A stretch of DNA of 64,000 nucleotides from Holophagales bacterium UBA2201 (GTDB taxonomy: Bacteria; Acidobacteriota; Thermoanaerobaculia; UBA2201). How positions within the stretch are numbered: the first letter of the stretch is position 1; each line of letters opens with the position of its first letter. A program made the position numbers and the translations under genes. A model generated the notes under the pieces. It was not told the origin of the DNA. It worked only from the letters and a program-made list of their open reading frames with translations, and ran no database searches. The stretch covers positions 2,623 to 66,622 of the forward strand of contig DCUZ01000073.1 in the NCBI GenBank assembly GCA_002327305.1. The letters run 5' to 3'. Below are positions 63,001 to 64,000 of the stretch, piece after piece.

Positions 63001-64000
63001 CTGCCGGCCCCAGATCAGCACGGACGGCGGGAGCAACTGGACGACCCTGGGGACGCAATATGCCGGTTTCAGCGGCGGGTGGATCCAGAAGGAGATGGAT
63101 CTCGCGGCATACACCGGCAATGTCAAGATCCGGTTCTGGTTCCATTCCGACTCCTCCAACACCGGCGAGGGGTGGTATATCGACGACATCAACATCAGCC
63201 GCTCGGCTCCCTGCGGGCCCGAATTGCATCACCAGGGGCACACCGTGGCGGACGACTGTTCGACGGGGGGGGCGGGGGACGGGGACGGGGTGCTGGACGC
63301 GGGGGAGACGGCGGTGGTGCAGGTGACGGCGATCAACACGGGGACGGAAGCGGCGACGGGGGTGAGCGCGACGCTGTCTACGGTGACGCCGGGCGTAGCG
63401 GTGACCGACGGCTCGGTTTTTTTCCCGAACATCGCCGCCAACGGCGGGACAGGGGTCTCCATCGCCCCGCATTTCGCCATCGCGGTGGGCCCGACCGTGC
63501 TTTGCGGGACGGAGGTTGACTTTACCCTGACCTTCACATCGGCGAAGGGGACCTGGAGCGACACATTCAGCCAGGAGGTGGGGGACGTGGTGGCGGGGGG
63601 CGATATTACGGTGTTCAGCGAGGCGTTCGGGGGGGTGACGCCGCCGGCGTTGCCGACGGGGTGGACGGTCAGCCACACGGGGAGCGGAAACGACTGGGCG
63701 ACAAGCACCACGGGATGCCCGACGAACGCGCTGTACTACCACTACAACTACACCTACGCGGCGAACGCCTGGGCTTTCTCGCCGGGGATCCCCCTGACGG
63801 CGGGGGTGACCTACAGGCTGAGCTTCGACCAGAAGGTCTATTCAGGATCGTATCCGGAGATTTTCGAGGTGAAGTGCGGCACATCGGCGACGCCGGCAGG
63901 GCAGAACATCACGATCCTGGCGTCGGCGAGCTACACCAACACGACCTGCGAGACGCGGACGCCGACCTTCACCGTGCCCTCGGATGGGACGTACTACATC
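60017..64000 (+). CDS. gingipain-like peptidase C25 family protein with C-terminal FN3-like and MAM-like domains (partial; runs off the window end)
   Basis: I translated this by hand from the ATG at 60017 with no stop to position 64000. It is absent from the ORF track because it is incomplete. It has a signal peptide, a propeptide and a catalytic region with His (IVYSGHGS) and Cys (FMVGHCCVAHS) in the spacing seen in clan CD C25 enzymes. A MAM-like domain (WYIDDINIS) follows. Confidence 0.8.
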   Translation, partial: MRIWIFVFVIALSGLTAMADGGVWYPLDKGTPQPEAPLVSTTTQGTQRIEFEIDIPGILVRDFVTKGGTFKELTLPGQTFAGELGQAKLPALRLLVEVPYQASLSLRMGASDTLDYFQTQFGIADFIVPVQESILKTPDGWDNWPYHKDEAYYATDAFMPEPVARVTGVSFHRGHRVAVVEVQPFSYNPAKGILRVATHLRFDLVMEGGDDAATRAELARTFSPAYEANFSEMVLNYGMLNEAPARGETRTSHWDGILVISAPAYYSYAEPLVQWRRKMGYFVQHVDTGTTGSTTTAIKAYIQSAYNTWTNPSLSYVILVGDTDTIPSPNGSACSSCASDSDYACLSGGDNLHDAYIGRISLASTAQAAEVFDRFMTYAKADFVQTPWIKKACFSSSCDSTYNTYHTHEAVQAAYTKPAGYTGEYYPGGTDPGGDLIRCIEDYGGSASASGDDVVNALNHGRSMIVYSGHGSVSDWSGPTVTQSNLAAATCGEMAPFMVGHCCVAHSIRSASFGEACVREVAIGYWGSSESSYWGEDDYIEKEWFEKIFTSGQHRIGEFMINTMLDFYANFSTSRADYYMDMCLLGGDPTMELYTEVPLALSATHASALPVGSTSFTVTVTRSGSPLEGARVCLTKSDGGDAIHEFGTTDANGDVTIAISPALAGVGVLNVTATAINSIPYEGTANVIVPEGPWLTHAGHAIDDSAGNGDGIANPGETIVMAVTLTNIGADAGTGIAGTLTESSDFAAVTDGAAAWPDIAVSGSAQSNANHFAFTVGAGALNGHVIPFSVAWSADGPYTGDTGFGVPVCAPLVISSVQVTAITDSTATVTWTTNVPANALVTYGTGVPPNLTQGNLTTYGTSHSVMLTGLTGCTNYYFSVTSQSAGCYTATADNGEAYFTFKTYGRVYAMGPDDVESGAGYWVGSGAPNAWHISTCRANSGTHAWKAGNTSCSLDYSDEGDDYLTWSQDINLGSAGHGALLMWMEWYDTESGFDYCRPQISTDGGSNWTTLGTQYAGFSGGWIQKEMDLAAYTGNVKIRFWFHSDSSNTGEGWYIDDINISRSAPCGPELHHQGHTVADDCSTGGAGDGDGVLDAGETAVVQVTAINTGTEAATGVSATLSTVTPGVAVTDGSVFFPNIAANGGTGVSIAPHFAIAVGPTVLCGTEVDFTLTFTSAKGTWSDTFSQEVGDVVAGGDITVFSEAFGGVTPPALPTGWTVSHTGSGNDWATSTTGCPTNALYYHYNYTYAANAWAFSPGIPLTAGVTYRLSFDQKVYSGSYPEIFEVKCGTSATPAGQNITILASASYTNTTCETRTPTFTVPSDGTYYI

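Noticed and set aside
1-64000. Search for tRNA, rRNA, CRISPR-cas, transposase, integrase or prophage genes
   Set aside because: No cloverleaf-compatible intergenic segments, rRNA-like stretches, cas-like proteins or mobility genes were seen. The intergenic space is small and is accounted for by promoters, terminators and the repeats described.

Overview
This is a roughly 70% GC bacterial chromosomal segment. I can support about 50 protein-coding genes, no tRNA or rRNA genes, and no transposase or integrase. Because of the GC content the six-frame track is full of long spurious and antisense ORFs. I picked real genes by protein plausibility (domains, signal peptides, motifs) and trimmed several N-terminal extensions.

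Three themes dominate. (1) Signal transduction: an FHA-GAF-class III nucleotide cyclase; HD-GYP, GGDEF and REC-PAS-GGDEF-EAL proteins; a tandem-PilZ c-di-GMP receptor; a DUF4390 gene next to an NtrY-like histidine kinase; a histidine kinase-CheY operon; and an ECF sigma factor, candidate anti-sigma and TonB-C protein module. (2) A very large secretome: two paralogous ~1,400-aa cysteine-rich secreted proteins each paired with a secreted HEAT-repeat protein; two adjacent giant HExxH proteins; a protein with a recurring ~230-aa uncharacterised domain present in three copies across two genes; and a partial gingipain-like C25 peptidase with MAM-like domains. (3) Housekeeping genes: smpB, dinB, a cold-shock protein, an isocitrate/isopropylmalate dehydrogenase family enzyme and a GapN-like aldehyde dehydrogenase.

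Non-coding highlights are a 136-bp tandem repeat array (4.3 units) whose hairpin core recurs once elsewhere in the window, two sets of tandem heptanucleotide repeats, a recurring TATAAT -10 box 6-11 nt from start codons that suggests leaderless mRNAs, a consensus sigma-70 promoter with a terminator-like leader hairpin upstream of the cold-shock gene, several intrinsic terminators, and a ~470-bp low-GC islet carrying one membrane-protein gene.
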